From an uncultured Pseudomonadota bacterium (GTDB lineage: Bacteria; Pseudomonadota; Gammaproteobacteria; Burkholderiales; Burkholderiaceae_C), in assembly GCA_963818005.1 (NCBI GenBank), contig CAWFQP010000045.1, positions 3,273 to 67,272 on the forward strand: a stretch of 64,000 nt of DNA, written 5' to 3'. Shown here in pieces: positions 50,764 through 63,489 of this stretch. Positions within the stretch are counted from its first letter, which is position 1; every line of letters begins with the position of its first letter. The position numbers and the translations under genes were made by a program. The notes beneath the pieces are model-generated. The model was not told the origin of the DNA. It did no database searches and worked only from the letters and a program-made list of their open reading frames with translations.

Positions 50764-51376
50764 CGCGCGGGTTCCAGCGGCAGCCCGGTGCCGATCATCG
50801 AATCGCGCGTCACCAGCTCGGCCAGCTGTTCCTCGCCGAAGCCTTCGGTGCCGGCGGGGCGCATCGGCAGCACCAGGTAGCGCACTTCGGCGGTGGAGTC
50901 GACGACGCGGATCTCGGTGCCTTCGGGCAAGGTCACGCCGAAGTCGGCGAGCACGCCGCGCGGGTCCTTCACCGCGCGCGAGCGGTAGGGCGCGCTCTTG
51001 TACCAGGTGGGCGGCAGGCCCAGCACCGGCCACGGGTAGCAGCTGCACAGCGTGCACACGACCATGTGGTGGCGCTGCGGCGTGTTCTCCAGCACCACCA
51101 TGTGCTCGCCCTGGCGGCCGCTGTAGCCCAGCGAGGCGATGGCCGCGGTGGCGTCGCGCAGCAGCCAGTCGCGGTAGGCCGCATCGGCCCAGGCGCGGGC
51201 GACGACGCGGGCGCCGTTGCGCGGGCCGATCTGGGTCTGGTAGGTGTCGATCAGCACATCCAGCGCGGCCGGGTCGATGTAGCCCTTCTGCGCCAGCACG
51301 GTTTCCAGCGCGCGCACGCGCAGCTCCATCTCGCCGAGTTCGCTGTGCTCGTGGTCGTGGTGTGCTCGTGACTCAT
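50760..51376 (-). CDS. nthA: cobalt-type nitrile hydratase alpha subunit (indel in the His-rich N-terminus)
   Basis: GARVVARAW, metal claw [26 protein letters not shown]; ATG at 51376 (MSHEH...) is out of frame with ORF 50760-51329. Confidence 0.93.
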
Positions 51377-51407
51377 CGGCAGATCGTAGCGCTTACAGTC
51401 GCCGGCC

Positions 51408-52481
51408 ATGAAGGCCTTGCAGATCCATGCCGGCGCGACGGCACTGAAGCACCTGCGCGAGCGCGGGCTGCAGCCGGCCGACGTGCGCATCATCCCCGCG
51501 GCGGCCGGCGGCCCGAAGGGGCTGATCCTCAACGGGCTGGACCGCTTCATCTTCGGCGACTGGCTGAGAAGCAGCACGCACGCCGTGCACCTGCTGGGCG
51601 CGTCGATCGGCGCCTGGCGCATGGCCACCGCCTGCCTGGACGACCCGGCCGCCAGCCTGGCGCAGATGGCCGAGGACTACATCCACCAGGACTATCAACA
51701 CGCGCCTGGCAAGCCGCCGACGCCGCGCCATGTGAGCCAGGTCTTCGGCGCCAAGCTGCAGCAACGCTTCGAGCGCCGCGATGGGCAGGTGCTGGGTCAC
51801 CCGCGTTACCGCCTGCATGTCTTCACCAGCCGCGGCCGCCATGTGCTGCAGCGCCAGGGCCGGCTGCGCATGCCGTTGGGGTATGCGGGTGCGTTCCTGA
51901 CCAACACCGTCAGCCGCAAGGCCATGGGCGGCTGGTTGGAGCGCGTGGTCTTTTCCGACGCGCGCGAACTGCTGCCGCTGAAGCTGCACGACTACCGCAC
52001 GCAGCAGGTGGCGCTGAGCGCGCTGAACCTGCAGCCCAGCATCCTGGCCAGTTGTTCGATTCCCTTCTGGCTGGACGCCGTGCAGGACATTCCCGGTGCG
52101 CCGCGTGGCGCCTACTGGGACGGCGGCATCACCGACTACCACCTGCACCTGGACTACGGCTCGTTGCCCGAGGGGCTGGTGCTGTACCCGCATTTCCAGA
52201 AGACCGTGATCCCGGGCTGGCTGGACAAGGCGCTGAAGCACCGCCACCGCGCCACCGCCCACCTCGACAAGGTGGTGCTGCTGTCGCCGCGGCCGCAGTG
52301 GATTGCCACGCTGCCGAACGCCAAGCTGCCCGACCGCAACGACTTCAAGGCCTACGGCGACGACCTGGCCGGCCGTGTGGCCGCCTGGAGCCGGGCGCTG
52401 CGTGAAAGCCAGCGCCTGGCGGAGGAGTTCGCGGCGCTCGTCGCCTCGGGCAAGCCCGTCGAGGCACTGCCTCTGGCCTGA
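51408..52481 (+). CDS. patatin-like phospholipase family protein
   Basis: AAGGPKG, GASIG, YWDGGITDYH. Confidence 0.85.
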   Translation: MKALQIHAGATALKHLRERGLQPADVRIIPAAAGGPKGLILNGLDRFIFGDWLRSSTHAVHLLGASIGAWRMATACLDDPAASLAQMAEDYIHQDYQHAPGKPPTPRHVSQVFGAKLQQRFERRDGQVLGHPRYRLHVFTSRGRHVLQRQGRLRMPLGYAGAFLTNTVSRKAMGGWLERVVFSDARELLPLKLHDYRTQQVALSALNLQPSILASCSIPFWLDAVQDIPGAPRGAYWDGGITDYHLHLDYGSLPEGLVLYPHFQKTVIPGWLDKALKHRHRATAHLDKVVLLSPRPQWIATLPNAKLPDRNDFKAYGDDLAGRVAAWSRALRESQRLAEEFAALVASGKPVEALPLA

Positions 52482-52528
52482 GACTACAATTCGCGTTCAG
52501 ACAAACGCACAAGGACGGGAAAGGCAAC

Positions 52529-52573
52529 ATGGTTATGACACCGCGAACTACGGGCTTCGTCACCGAAACCTGA
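52529..52573 (+). CDS. thrS leader peptide [14 protein letters not shown]
   Basis: 14 codons with 5 Thr (ACA, ACT, ACG, ACC, ACC); purine-rich AAGGACGGGAAAGG upstream. Confidence 0.72.
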   Translation: MVMTPRTTGFVTET

Positions 52574-52614
52574 TCGGCCGCGCCGTCACGCCTGCACCTC
52601 TTCACTGTCACGAC

Positions 52615-52646
52615 AAAGCGCGGTCCCGTACCGCGCTTTTTCATTT
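52615..52646 (+). terminator. attenuator terminator upstream of thrS
   Basis: AAAGCGCGGT-CCCGT-ACCGCGCTTT followed by TTCATTT; GGCCGCGC (52576-52583) can pair with the 5' arm. Confidence 0.75.
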
Positions 52647-52661
52647 CCGAAGGTTGAACCC

Positions 52662-54569
52662 ATGATCGCGATCACGCTGCCCGATGGCTCGAAGCGGGAG
52701 TTTGCACAACCCGTCACGGTGGCCGAAGTGGCCGCATCGATCGGCCCCGGCCTGGCCAAGTCGGCGCTGGCCGGCAAGGTCGACGGCAAGGTCGTGGACC
52801 TGAGCCACCGCCTCGACGCCGACGCCCAGCTGGCCGTCGTCACCGACAAGAGCCCCGAAGGGCTGGAGCTGCTGCGCCACTCGACGGCGCACCTGCTGGC
52901 CTATGCGGTGAAGGAGCTGTTTCCGGACGCGCAGGTGACCATCGGCCCGGTCATCGAGAACGGCTTCTTCTACGACTTCTCCTACAAACGGCCCTTCACG
53001 CCCGAGGATCTGGCGGCGATCGAAGCGCGCATGACGGAGCTGAGCAAGCGCGACGAGCCGGTGCAGCGCCGCGTGCTGCCGCGCGACGAGGCAGTGCAGT
53101 ACTTCAAGGGCCTGGGCGAGCTGTACAAGGCCGAGATCATCGCCAGCATCCCGGCCAACGAGGACGTGTCGCTGTACCGCGAAGGCGCCTTCGAGGACCT
53201 GTGCCGCGGCCCGCACGTGCCGAGCACGGGCAAGCTCAAGCACTTCAAGCTGATGAAGGTGGCCGGTGCCTACTGGCGCGGCGACCACCGCAACGAGATG
53301 CTGCAGCGCATCTACGGCACGGCCTGGGCGACGAAGGACGAGCTGCAGCAGTACCTGCACATGCTGGAGGAGGCCGAGAAGCGCGACCACCGCCGGCTGG
53401 GGCGTGAGCTGGACCTGTTCCACCTGGACGAACATTCCCCCGGCACGGTGTTCTGGCATGCCAAGGGCTGGACGCTGTGGCAGCAGGTGGAGCAGTACAT
53501 GCGCGCGGTGTACCGCGACAACGGCTACCAGGAGGTCAAGGGCCCGCAGATCCTGGACAAGGCGTTGTGGGAGAAGACGGGTCACTGGGACAAGTACCGC
53601 GACAACATGTTCACGACGGAGTCGGAGAAGCGCGACTACGCCCTGAAACCGATGAACTGTCCGGGCCACATCCTGATCTTCAACCAGGGCATCAAGAGCT
53701 ACCGCGAGCTGCCGCTGCGCTATGGCGAGTTCGGCCAGTGCCACCGCAATGAACCCACCGGCGGCCTGCACGGCATCATGCGCGTGCGGGGCTTCACGCA
53801 GGATGACGGCCACATCTTCTGCACCGAAGAACAGGTGCAGGCGGAATGCGCTGCCTTCACCACGCTGCTGCAGAAGGTCTATGCCGATTTCGGCTTCACC
53901 GAGATCATCTACAAGCTGGCGACACGCCCGGAGGCGCGCATCGGCAGCGAAGAGGCCTGGGACCGCGCCGAGCAGGCATTGATGGCCGGCCTGCGCGCCA
54001 GCGGGGTCGACTTCGAGATCTCGCCGGGCGAGGGCGCTTTCTATGGCCCGAAGATCGAATACACGCTGAAGGACGCGATCGGCCGGCAGTGGCAGTGCGG
54101 CACGATGCAGATCGACCCGAACATGCCCGAGCGCCTGGGCGCCGAATATGTGGCCGAAGACGGCAGCCGCCAGCGCCCGCTGATGCTGCACCGGGCCATC
54201 GTCGGCAGCCTGGAGCGTTTCATCGGCATCCTGATCGAGCAGCATGCCGGCGCCATGCCGGCCTGGCTGGCGCCAGTGCAGGTGCTGGTCGCCCCGATCA
54301 CCGAAAACCAGTCGGACTACGCCGCAAGCGTCGCGAAAACGCTTCAAAAACAAGGAGTTAGGGTGCAGAGCGATTTGCGCAACGAGAAGATTACGCGTAA
54401 AATCCGCGAGCATTCAATGCAGAAGGTCCCGTACATCCTGGTCGTGGGTGACAAGGAAAAGGCAGACGGGGCCGTTTCGGTGCGCGCTCGGGGCAATCTG
54501 GATCTCGGGGTCATGCCGCTCGACGACTTCGCCGCGAAGCTCGCCGACGACATTCACCGCAAGGTCTGA
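52662..54569 (+). CDS. thrS: threonine--tRNA ligase
   Basis: TGS domain, [42 protein letters not shown]. Confidence 0.98.
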   Translation: MIAITLPDGSKREFAQPVTVAEVAASIGPGLAKSALAGKVDGKVVDLSHRLDADAQLAVVTDKSPEGLELLRHSTAHLLAYAVKELFPDAQVTIGPVIENGFFYDFSYKRPFTPEDLAAIEARMTELSKRDEPVQRRVLPRDEAVQYFKGLGELYKAEIIASIPANEDVSLYREGAFEDLCRGPHVPSTGKLKHFKLMKVAGAYWRGDHRNEMLQRIYGTAWATKDELQQYLHMLEEAEKRDHRRLGRELDLFHLDEHSPGTVFWHAKGWTLWQQVEQYMRAVYRDNGYQEVKGPQILDKALWEKTGHWDKYRDNMFTTESEKRDYALKPMNCPGHILIFNQGIKSYRELPLRYGEFGQCHRNEPTGGLHGIMRVRGFTQDDGHIFCTEEQVQAECAAFTTLLQKVYADFGFTEIIYKLATRPEARIGSEEAWDRAEQALMAGLRASGVDFEISPGEGAFYGPKIEYTLKDAIGRQWQCGTMQIDPNMPERLGAEYVAEDGSRQRPLMLHRAIVGSLERFIGILIEQHAGAMPAWLAPVQVLVAPITENQSDYAASVAKTLQKQGVRVQSDLRNEKITRKIREHSMQKVPYILVVGDKEKADGAVSVRARGNLDLGVMPLDDFAAKLADDIHRKV

Positions 54570-54638
54570 CACGCCGGCGCGCCTTTGTCGTTTTTTGCGG
54601 CTCCGCTTGCCTAGGTGTCGCGTTAAGGGGTTTGAACT

Positions 54639-55187
54639 ATCGCTACCTTCATGGACCGCCGCACTCCGAACGCGGAGCGCAAGCACAGGTTGAACCGGGA
54701 AATCATGGCGCCGCAGGTGCGTCTGAATGGTGTGGAGAACGAGCCGCTGGGTATCGTCAGCATCATGGATGCGCTGCAGATGGCCGGCGACAAGGATGTC
54801 GATCTGGTCGAGATCGCTGCCACCGCCGACCCCCCGGTGTGCCGGTTGATGGACTACGGCAAGTTCAAGTACCAGGAGCAGAAGAAGGCGGCCGAGGCCA
54901 AGGCCAAGCAGAAGGTCATCGAGATCAAGGAAGTCAAGTTCCGGCCCGGCACCGACGAGGGCGACTACGCGATCAAGATGCGCAACCTGCGCCGCTTCAT
55001 CTCCGAAGACGGCGACAAGGGCAAGGTCACACTGCGCTACCGCGGCCGCGAGATCACCCACCAGGACATCGGCATGCGGTTGCTCGAGCGCATCCGCGAC
55101 GAACTGGCTGACGTGTCGGTGGTCGAGCACATGCCCAAGCTGGAAGGGCGGCAAATGATCATGGTGCTGGCGCCGAAGAGGAAATAG
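54639..55187 (+). CDS. infC: translation initiation factor IF-3 (ATC start)
   Basis: [24 protein letters not shown]; AAGGGG then an in-frame ATC-GCT-ACC 12 nt before the first ATG. Confidence 0.95.
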   Translation: MATFMDRRTPNAERKHRLNREIMAPQVRLNGVENEPLGIVSIMDALQMAGDKDVDLVEIAATADPPVCRLMDYGKFKYQEQKKAAEAKAKQKVIEIKEVKFRPGTDEGDYAIKMRNLRRFISEDGDKGKVTLRYRGREITHQDIGMRLLERIRDELADVSVVEHMPKLEGRQMIMVLAPKRK

Positions 55188-55311
55188 TGGGAGGAATTCA
55201 CCGCATCAGGCTTGGTCGCCTGATGCGGTGGCAAGAAGCTGCTGCAGGCCCCCAAGTACCTGACGAATCGTCCGGTCGCCTGCAGACGGCAATATCGAAG
55301 AAGGAGCAGCA

Positions 55312-55515
55312 ATGCCCAAGATGAAGACCAAGAAGAGCGCGGCCAAGCGGTTCCGCGTGCGGCCGGGGGGTACCGTCAAGCGCGGTGCGGCGTACAAGCG
55401 CCACATCCTCACGAAGAAGTCCACCACCCGCAAGCGCCACCTGCGTGGCATCAAGGAGGTGCACGACACCAACATGGGCAGCATCGCCAAGATGATGCCT
55501 TTCGCGGGTCTGTAA
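55312..55515 (+). CDS. rpmI: 50S ribosomal protein L35
   Basis: [20 protein letters not shown]. Confidence 0.98.
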   Translation: MPKMKTKKSAAKRFRVRPGGTVKRGAAYKRHILTKKSTTRKRHLRGIKEVHDTNMGSIAKMMPFAGL

Positions 55516-55543
55516 GGCTCAACGCGCACCCAAGGAGAAAGAC

Positions 55544-55900
55544 ATGCCTCGCGTCAAACGTGGAGTCACCGCACACGCCCGCCACAAGAAGATCCTGGCC
55601 CTGGCCAAGGGTTATCGCGGCCGTCGCAAGAACGTCTTCCGCATCGCCAAACAGGCGGTGATGAAGGCCGGGCAATATGCCTACCGCGACCGCCGTACCC
55701 GCAAGCGTGTGTTCCGCCAGCTCTGGATCGCCCGCATCAACGCGGCATCGCGTGAACTCGGCGTCACCTACAGCAAGTTCATGGCCGGCCTGAAGAAGGC
55801 GCAGATCGACATCGACCGCAAGGTCCTCGCCGACCTGGCCGTCAACGACCCGGCTGCCTTCGGCAGCATCGTCGAAAAGGTGAAGGCCCAGCTCAGCTGA
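55544..55900 (+). CDS. rplT: 50S ribosomal protein L20
   Basis: [24 protein letters not shown]. Confidence 0.98.
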   Translation: MPRVKRGVTAHARHKKILALAKGYRGRRKNVFRIAKQAVMKAGQYAYRDRRTRKRVFRQLWIARINAASRELGVTYSKFMAGLKKAQIDIDRKVLADLAVNDPAAFGSIVEKVKAQLS

Positions 55901-55955
55901 TGTTCGAAGCGCCGTGCGCCTTTGCAAGGAGCGCACGGCGACTCTCCAGCATTCG

Positions 55956-55987
55956 ATGGCCGTCACGCAAGGACGGCCATTTTTGTT
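55956..55987 (+). terminator. intrinsic terminator after rplT
   Basis: ATGGCCGTC-ACGCAAG-GACGGCCAT followed by TTTTGTT. Confidence 0.7.
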
Positions 55988-56012
55988 CGCGCTTGTCTAT
56001 TCCCGAGAGGCC

Positions 56013-57056
56013 ATGAACGATCTGGACACCCTGGTACAGGCCGCGCAGTCGGCCTTCGACGCCGCGCCGACCCCTGCCGAACTGGAGAACGCCAAGGCGC
56101 GTTTCCTCGGCAAGGCCGGGCAACTGACTGAAGCGTTGAAGGGCCTGGCCGCACTCGGCGTCGAGCAGAAGAAGACGCGTGGCGCTGCCATCAACCAGGC
56201 CAAGCAGCGCGTCGAAGCCTTGCTGCAGGCACGCCGCGATGCACTGGCGCAGGGCGAGTTGCAGGCGCAGCTGCAAGCCGAGGCGCTGGATGTCACGCTG
56301 CCCGGGCGCCAGCGCGGCACGGGCGGGCTGCATCCGGTGTCGCGCACGATGATGCGCATCGAATCGATCTTCGCGTCGATGGGCTTCGACGTCGCCGACG
56401 GCCCGGAGATCGAGACCGACTGGTACAGCTTCACCGCACTGAACAATCCCGAGAACCATCCGGCGCGGTCGATGCAGGACACCTTCTACGTCGACATGAA
56501 GGACGCCGAAGGCCGCTGGCTGAACCTGCGCCCGCACACCAGCCCGATGCAGGTGCGTTATGCGCAGGCGCACGCGCAGCGCCATGCGGGTGCGGCGGTG
56601 ATGCGCGAAGTGCGCGTGATCGCTCCTGGCCGCACCTACCGTGTCGACAGCGACGCCACGCATTCGCCGATGTTCCACCAGTGCGAAGGCCTGTGGATCG
56701 GCGAGAACGTCAGCTTCAAGGACCTGAAGTTCGTATTCAGCGACTTCCTGCGCCAGTTCTTCGAGGCCGATGAATTGCAGGTGCGCTTCCGCCCGAGCTT
56801 CTTCCCCTTCACCGAACCCTCGGCCGAAGTCGACATCGCCTTCGCCAGCGGGCCGCTCAAGGGCCGCTGGCTCGAGGTGGCCGGCTCCGGCCAGGTGCAT
56901 CCGAACGTGGTGCGCAACTTCGGTCTGGATCCGGAGACGAACATCGGCTTCGCCTTCGGCATGGGCGCGGACCGGCTGACGATGTTGCGCTATGGCGTGA
57001 ACGACCTGCGCCTGTTCTTCGATGGTGACCTGCGCTTCCTGTCGCAGTTCAAGTAA
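56013..57056 (+). CDS. pheS: phenylalanine--tRNA ligase alpha subunit
   Basis: [38 protein letters not shown]. Confidence 0.98.
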   Translation: MNDLDTLVQAAQSAFDAAPTPAELENAKARFLGKAGQLTEALKGLAALGVEQKKTRGAAINQAKQRVEALLQARRDALAQGELQAQLQAEALDVTLPGRQRGTGGLHPVSRTMMRIESIFASMGFDVADGPEIETDWYSFTALNNPENHPARSMQDTFYVDMKDAEGRWLNLRPHTSPMQVRYAQAHAQRHAGAAVMREVRVIAPGRTYRVDSDATHSPMFHQCEGLWIGENVSFKDLKFVFSDFLRQFFEADELQVRFRPSFFPFTEPSAEVDIAFASGPLKGRWLEVAGSGQVHPNVVRNFGLDPETNIGFAFGMGADRLTMLRYGVNDLRLFFDGDLRFLSQFK

Positions 57057-57065
57057 GGCCGAAGC

Positions 57066-59492
57066 ATGCAATTCCCCGAATCCTGGCTGCGCGAGTTCTG
57101 CAACCCGCCCATCACCACAGCCGAACTGGCCGAGCTGCTGACCATGGCCGGGCTGGAGGTGGAGGACACGCGCCCCGTGGCGCCGCCGTGCAAGGGAGTG
57201 GTCGTGGCCGAGATCGTCGAGGTGCTGCAGCACCCCGATGCCGACCGGCTGCGTGTGTGCAAGGTGCTGGCCGGCGCGTTTTCACCCGAGGAGCCGCTGC
57301 AGATTGTCTGTGGCGCGCCGAATGCACGCGTGGGCCTGCGCGTGCCGCTGGCGCTGGTCGGCGCCGAGCTGCCGCCCGCCGAGGAGGGCGCTGCGCCCTT
57401 CGCCATCAAGGTGGGAAAACTTCGCGGCGTCGACAGCTTCGGCATGTTGTGTTCGGCGCGCGAGCTGAAGCTGTCCGACGACCACGCAGGCCTGCTCGAA
57501 CTGCCGGCAGATGCGCCGGTGGGCAAAGACATCCGCGAGCTGCTGGCGCTGGACGACACGGTGTTCACGCTCAAGCTCACACCCAACCTGGCGCATGCGC
57601 TCAGCGTCTACGGCGTGGCGCGCGAGGTCTCGGCGCTGACCGGTGCACCGTTGCTGACGCCGCTGATCGAAGCCATCCCGCCCAGGCACGACCAGACGCT
57701 GCCGGTGCAGGTGGAAGCCCCCGACCTGTGCGGGCGCTTCTCCGGCCGTGTCGTGCGCAACGTCGATACGAAGGCGAAGACGCCGGCATGGATGGTCGAG
57801 CGGCTGGCGCGCTGCGGCCAACGTTCGGTGACGGCGCTGGTCGACATCTCGAACTACGTCATGTTCGAGTACGGCCGGCCAACGCACATCTTCGACCTGG
57901 ACAAGATCCACGACCAGCTGGTGGTGCGCTGGGGCCGCGCGGGCGAGAGCCTGAAGCTGCTCAACGGCAACACCATTCACATCGACGCCTCGGTCGGCGT
58001 GATCGCCGATGCGACAGGCGTGGAGTCATTGGCCGGCATCATGGGCGGCGAAACCACCGCGGTGTCCGACGACACGCGCCACGTCTACGTCGAAGCCGCG
58101 TTCTGGTGGCCGCAGGCGGTGGCCGGGCGCTCGCGGCGCTTCAACTTCGCCACCGACGCCGGACACCGCTTCGAACGCGGCGTCGACCCGGCGCTGACGG
58201 CCGAACACATCGAACGCATCACGCAGCTGATCCTGGAAATCTGCGGCGGCGAGGCCGGGCCGCTGGACGATCAGGTGCTTCAGCTCCCGCCATCGCAGCC
58301 GGTAACGCTGCGTGTCGCGCGTGCGGCCAAGGTCATCGGCATGCCGCTGACGCAGGCGCAATGCACCGAGGTCTTCCGCCGCCTGGGCTTCGACTTCGGC
58401 CAGGCCGAGGGCACGATCACGGTGACACCGCCGAGCTGGCGCTTCGACCTGCAGATCGAGGAGGACTTGATCGAGGAGGTGGCACGCATCGTCGGCTACC
58501 AGCACCTGCCCGAGACGCCGCCCGTGGCGCCGATCCGCGCACGCATGCTGAGCGAATCGCGACGCAGTGGCCACGCGGTGCGCCAAGCGATGGCCTCATT
58601 GGACTACCAGGAAACCATCAACTACAGCTTCGTCGAGGAACGCTGGGAGGAACAGCTGGCTGGCAACACCGCGCCGATCCGCGTGCTCAACCCGATCGCC
58701 GCGCCGCTGGCCGTAATGCGTTCCAGCCTGATAGGCAGCCTGCTCGGCGTGCTGCACTACAACCTGGCGCGTCGCGCCGGCCGCGTGCGCGTGTTCGAAG
58801 TCGGCCGTGTGTTCCGACGCGACGCCACGGTGGTGGACAGCGGCAGCACGGTGGCTGGCGTGGCGCAGCCGTTGTGCCTGGGTGCGCTGGCCTTTGGCCC
58901 GGCAGCCGAGGCGCAATGGGGCCAGAAGGAGCGCGGCGTCGACTTCTTCGACCTCAAGGGCGACATCGAGGCGCTGCTGGCGCCGCGCAAGCCGCGTTTC
59001 GTGGCCGATACGCACCCAGCGCTGCACCCGGGCCGCTGCGCGCGCGTAGAGCTCGACGGCCGGGCCGTCGGCCACGTCGGCGAACTGCACCCGCAATGGC
59101 GCCAAGCCTACGAGCTGCCGCAGGCGCCGCTGCTGTTCGAGTTGGACCTCGACGCCGTGCTGGCGCGCGACGTGCCTGCCGCGCAGCCTGTGTCGAAGCA
59201 CCAGTCGTCGTGGCGCGACATCGCGCTGGTGGTGCGCGACGAGGTGGCACACGAGCGGTTGATCGGCACGCTGGCGCAGGACGACTCCGGCCTGGTGCGC
59301 TCGGTGCTGCTGTTCGATGTGTACCGCCCGGCGCAGCCCAGTGCGGACATCGGCGCCGGCGAGCACAGCATGGCGCTGCGCCTGGAACTGCTGGACGAGC
59401 GGGCCAACCTCACCGACGAGCGCATCGACGCGGCCGTGGCCAGCGCGGTGCAGCGTGCACAGGCGGCCTTCGCTGCGCGGCTGCGCGGCTAG
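57066..59492 (+). CDS. pheT: phenylalanine--tRNA ligase beta subunit
   Basis: [37 protein letters not shown]. Confidence 0.98.
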   Translation: MQFPESWLREFCNPPITTAELAELLTMAGLEVEDTRPVAPPCKGVVVAEIVEVLQHPDADRLRVCKVLAGAFSPEEPLQIVCGAPNARVGLRVPLALVGAELPPAEEGAAPFAIKVGKLRGVDSFGMLCSARELKLSDDHAGLLELPADAPVGKDIRELLALDDTVFTLKLTPNLAHALSVYGVAREVSALTGAPLLTPLIEAIPPRHDQTLPVQVEAPDLCGRFSGRVVRNVDTKAKTPAWMVERLARCGQRSVTALVDISNYVMFEYGRPTHIFDLDKIHDQLVVRWGRAGESLKLLNGNTIHIDASVGVIADATGVESLAGIMGGETTAVSDDTRHVYVEAAFWWPQAVAGRSRRFNFATDAGHRFERGVDPALTAEHIERITQLILEICGGEAGPLDDQVLQLPPSQPVTLRVARAAKVIGMPLTQAQCTEVFRRLGFDFGQAEGTITVTPPSWRFDLQIEEDLIEEVARIVGYQHLPETPPVAPIRARMLSESRRSGHAVRQAMASLDYQETINYSFVEERWEEQLAGNTAPIRVLNPIAAPLAVMRSSLIGSLLGVLHYNLARRAGRVRVFEVGRVFRRDATVVDSGSTVAGVAQPLCLGALAFGPAAEAQWGQKERGVDFFDLKGDIEALLAPRKPRFVADTHPALHPGRCARVELDGRAVGHVGELHPQWRQAYELPQAPLLFELDLDAVLARDVPAAQPVSKHQSSWRDIALVVRDEVAHERLIGTLAQDDSGLVRSVLLFDVYRPAQPSADIGAGEHSMALRLELLDERANLTDERIDAAVASAVQRAQAAFAARLRG

Positions 59493-59521
59493 CATCGCCC
59501 CTGCAACTACAAGAGCAAGCC

Positions 59522-59863
59522 ATGGACCCCGTGATCCTGCCGAGCATCGAGACACCCACGCTGACCAAGGCCGATCTGGCCGAACTTCTGTTCGAGCGCC
59601 TCGGGTTGAACAAACGCGAGTCGAAGGACATGGTCGAAGCCTACTTCGACATCATCCACGACACGCTGGTCAAGGGCGGCGACGTCAAGTTGTCGGGCTT
59701 CGGCAACTTCAACATCCGGCGCAAGGCGCCTCGCCCAGGGCGCAATCCGCGCACAGGCGAATCGATCCCGATCAAGGCGCGCAACGTTGTCACCTTCCAC
59801 GCCAGCCACAAGCTCAAAGCCGTCGTGCAGGGCGACACACCACCGGAGGGTGACTTCGAGTAA
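59522..59863 (+). CDS. ihfA: integration host factor alpha
   Basis: [31 protein letters not shown]; follows pheT. Confidence 0.96.
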   Translation: MDPVILPSIETPTLTKADLAELLFERLGLNKRESKDMVEAYFDIIHDTLVKGGDVKLSGFGNFNIRRKAPRPGRNPRTGESIPIKARNVVTFHASHKLKAVVQGDTPPEGDFE

Positions 59864-59897
59864 AGTCTAGCTTTCCCGTTAGATCTTATTGATTTCA

Positions 59898-60347
59898 ATG
59901 GAGAAAGCGCTTCCTCAGATCCCTGCAAAGCGTTACTTCACCATCGGTGAGGTCAGCGAGCTTTGCGGCGTCAAGCCTTATGTGCTGCGTTATTGGGAAC
60001 AGGAATTCACGCAGCTCAGGCCAATGAAGCGCCGCGGCAACCGGCGCTATTACCAGCACCACGAGGTTCTGCTGGTGCGGCGCATCCGCGACCTGCTGTA
60101 CGACCAGGGCTTCACCATCAGCGGTGCGCGCAACCGATTGACCGAGCTGGGCCATGCCACCCGCGGCACCGTGCCACCCAACGGCGCCGCCGAGATCGCC
60201 CTGCCGGACGAGGATCTGGACGAGTCCGATGCCGAGGTGCAAGCTGACGACGCTGCGGCCGGTATGCCGGTGCCGGAGTTGCGCGAATTCAGCTTGCAGC
60301 AGCTGCGCCAGGAACTGCTGTCCATCCGCGAGCTGCTGGCGCCCTGA
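59898..60347 (+). CDS. MerR family regulator (the conserved ihfA neighbour)
   Basis: IPAKRYFTIGEVSELCGVKPYVLRYWEQEF, GFTISGAR. Confidence 0.93.
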   Translation: MEKALPQIPAKRYFTIGEVSELCGVKPYVLRYWEQEFTQLRPMKRRGNRRYYQHHEVLLVRRIRDLLYDQGFTISGARNRLTELGHATRGTVPPNGAAEIALPDEDLDESDAEVQADDAAAGMPVPELREFSLQQLRQELLSIRELLAP

Positions 60348-60390
60348 GGCCGGTCTTCGGCGGGAGGTGCCTCTATAATCCTAACTTCAG

Positions 60391-60468
<78 letters not shown>

Positions 60469-60483
60469 AAAATAGCGAGTAAA

Positions 60484-60519
60484 AACAACGGGTTACGCCA
60501 AACGGTGTAACCCGTTGTT
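60484..60519. terminator. long hairpin/terminator after tRNA-Pro
   Basis: AACAACGGGTTACGCC-AAAC-GGTGTAACCCGTTGTT, A-run upstream. Confidence 0.75.
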
Positions 60520-60524
60520 CATTG

Positions 60525-60578
60525 GGGGGTGCAGCCGGGGGTGCACTGATGCTGGCACCGGGGGTTCCAAGCACCCCC
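60525..60578. repeat. GGGGGTGCA direct repeats plus one inverted copy
   Basis: Copies at 60525-60533 and 60537-60545 (12-bp period) and GCACCCCC at 60571-60578. Confidence 0.55.
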
Positions 60579-60648
60579 AGGCCAACAGGCGCCGCCGCCT
60601 GCGTATGGCCACCATCAGCAACGCGCACATCGGCATAGCAGGTGTTCA

Positions 60649-61503
60649 TCACGTGGCGTCGGCGCTGTCGATCACCGAGGCGCGCACCGCCTCCAGGTAG
60701 GTGGCCACGGCCGGCAGGTCGGCATAGGCTTGCTTGGTCTCGTCCACCGCATGGTCCACCGCCAGCTGCGTGGTCGCGCGGTTCAGCGTGCGCAGCCGGT
60801 CGGCGTGTTCCTTGCGCAGCCGCATCGATTCGCGCAGCACGTGCACCAGCTTGTCCTGCAACTGCGTCACCGCCTTCTGCAGCCGCTCGCGCTCGTCCTG
60901 CGGCAGCGCCTCGAAGTCCTGCGGCGACATCACCTCGCCGCCCTTCTGCGGCGCGAAGGTGAAGCCCACCGGCGTGCGGATCATCACCAGGCCCTGCTGC
61001 TGCGCCTCGGCGCTGACCTCGAGCAGCGCGCGCTCGGCGCGCTCCTTGAAGTCGGTGTTCAGGCGCTCCAGTTCGGCGGCGTATTCCTCCGACTCGAAGG
61101 CGGCGGGGATGGTGCTGCGCAGTTCGTCGACGAGCGCGCGCATGTCGGCGCGCAGCTGCGCGCCGCGGCCGGCCTGCAGCTGCAGCGCGATCGGCCGATG
61201 CGGCGCCTCGAAGTTGTTGACGTAGACCCAGTCCGAACGCTGCGCTTCGCGCTGTGGCCGCTGTGCGCCGATGCTGCGGCGCACCAGGCTGCGTTTGCCG
61301 GACCCCGGCGGGCCCATCACGTAGAGGTGGTAGCCGGCATGGCGCATGGCGATGCCGAACTCGACCGCGGCCCGCGCGCGCTCCTGGCCGACGATGGCAG
61401 CGGCCGCCGCGCCGGATGCGGCCTCGGCCTCGAGCGCCGGTGTCAGCGTCGCCGGGTCGCAGCGCGTGGCCAGCTGATCGGCCTGCAGGGGGAGGGCGGG
61501 CAT
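60649..61503 (-). pseudogene. Lon-like AAA ATPase/protease, N-terminal third only
   Basis: IVGQERARAAVEFG, YVMGPPGSGK, DWVYVNNFE..RP, PAAFESEEY; stops at 284 aa with no second ATPase region or protease domain. Confidence 0.78.
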
Positions 61504-61579
61504 GGCGCGTGCGAAGGACCGCTTGGCGTGGGTGGCGCAGCGATGCTAGGCGCGAAGTGCAGCGCGCGGTTGCGCCCGG

Positions 61580-63328
<1,749 letters not shown>

Positions 63329-63369
63329 GATGACGCGCTGCGCGTCGCGCCGTCCACCCGGCGCGCCGT

Positions 63370-63480
63370 GCCGTGCCGCGGCGGCGTTGCAGCAGCAGCG
63401 GCACGCCGAGCTCGGCTTCGAGCGCGCCGCTGCGTTTGCTCAGCGCCGAGGCGACCAGCGCCTCGCGCGCGGCGACACCC
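63370..63480 (-). pseudogene. LysR HTH fragment
   Basis: AAREALVASALSKRSGALEAELGVPLLLQRRRG resembles a LysR N-terminus; nothing follows. Confidence 0.6.
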
Positions 63481-63489
63481 GCCCGGCGC

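Noticed and set aside
55901-56012. Classical pheM Phe-rich attenuator peptide
   Set aside because: There is no run of Phe codons; only the weaker bridging ORF is reported
60545-60648. Minus-strand ALLMVAIRRRRR resembling a sorting-signal tail
   Set aside because: Too short, with no PEP motif or upstream gene body
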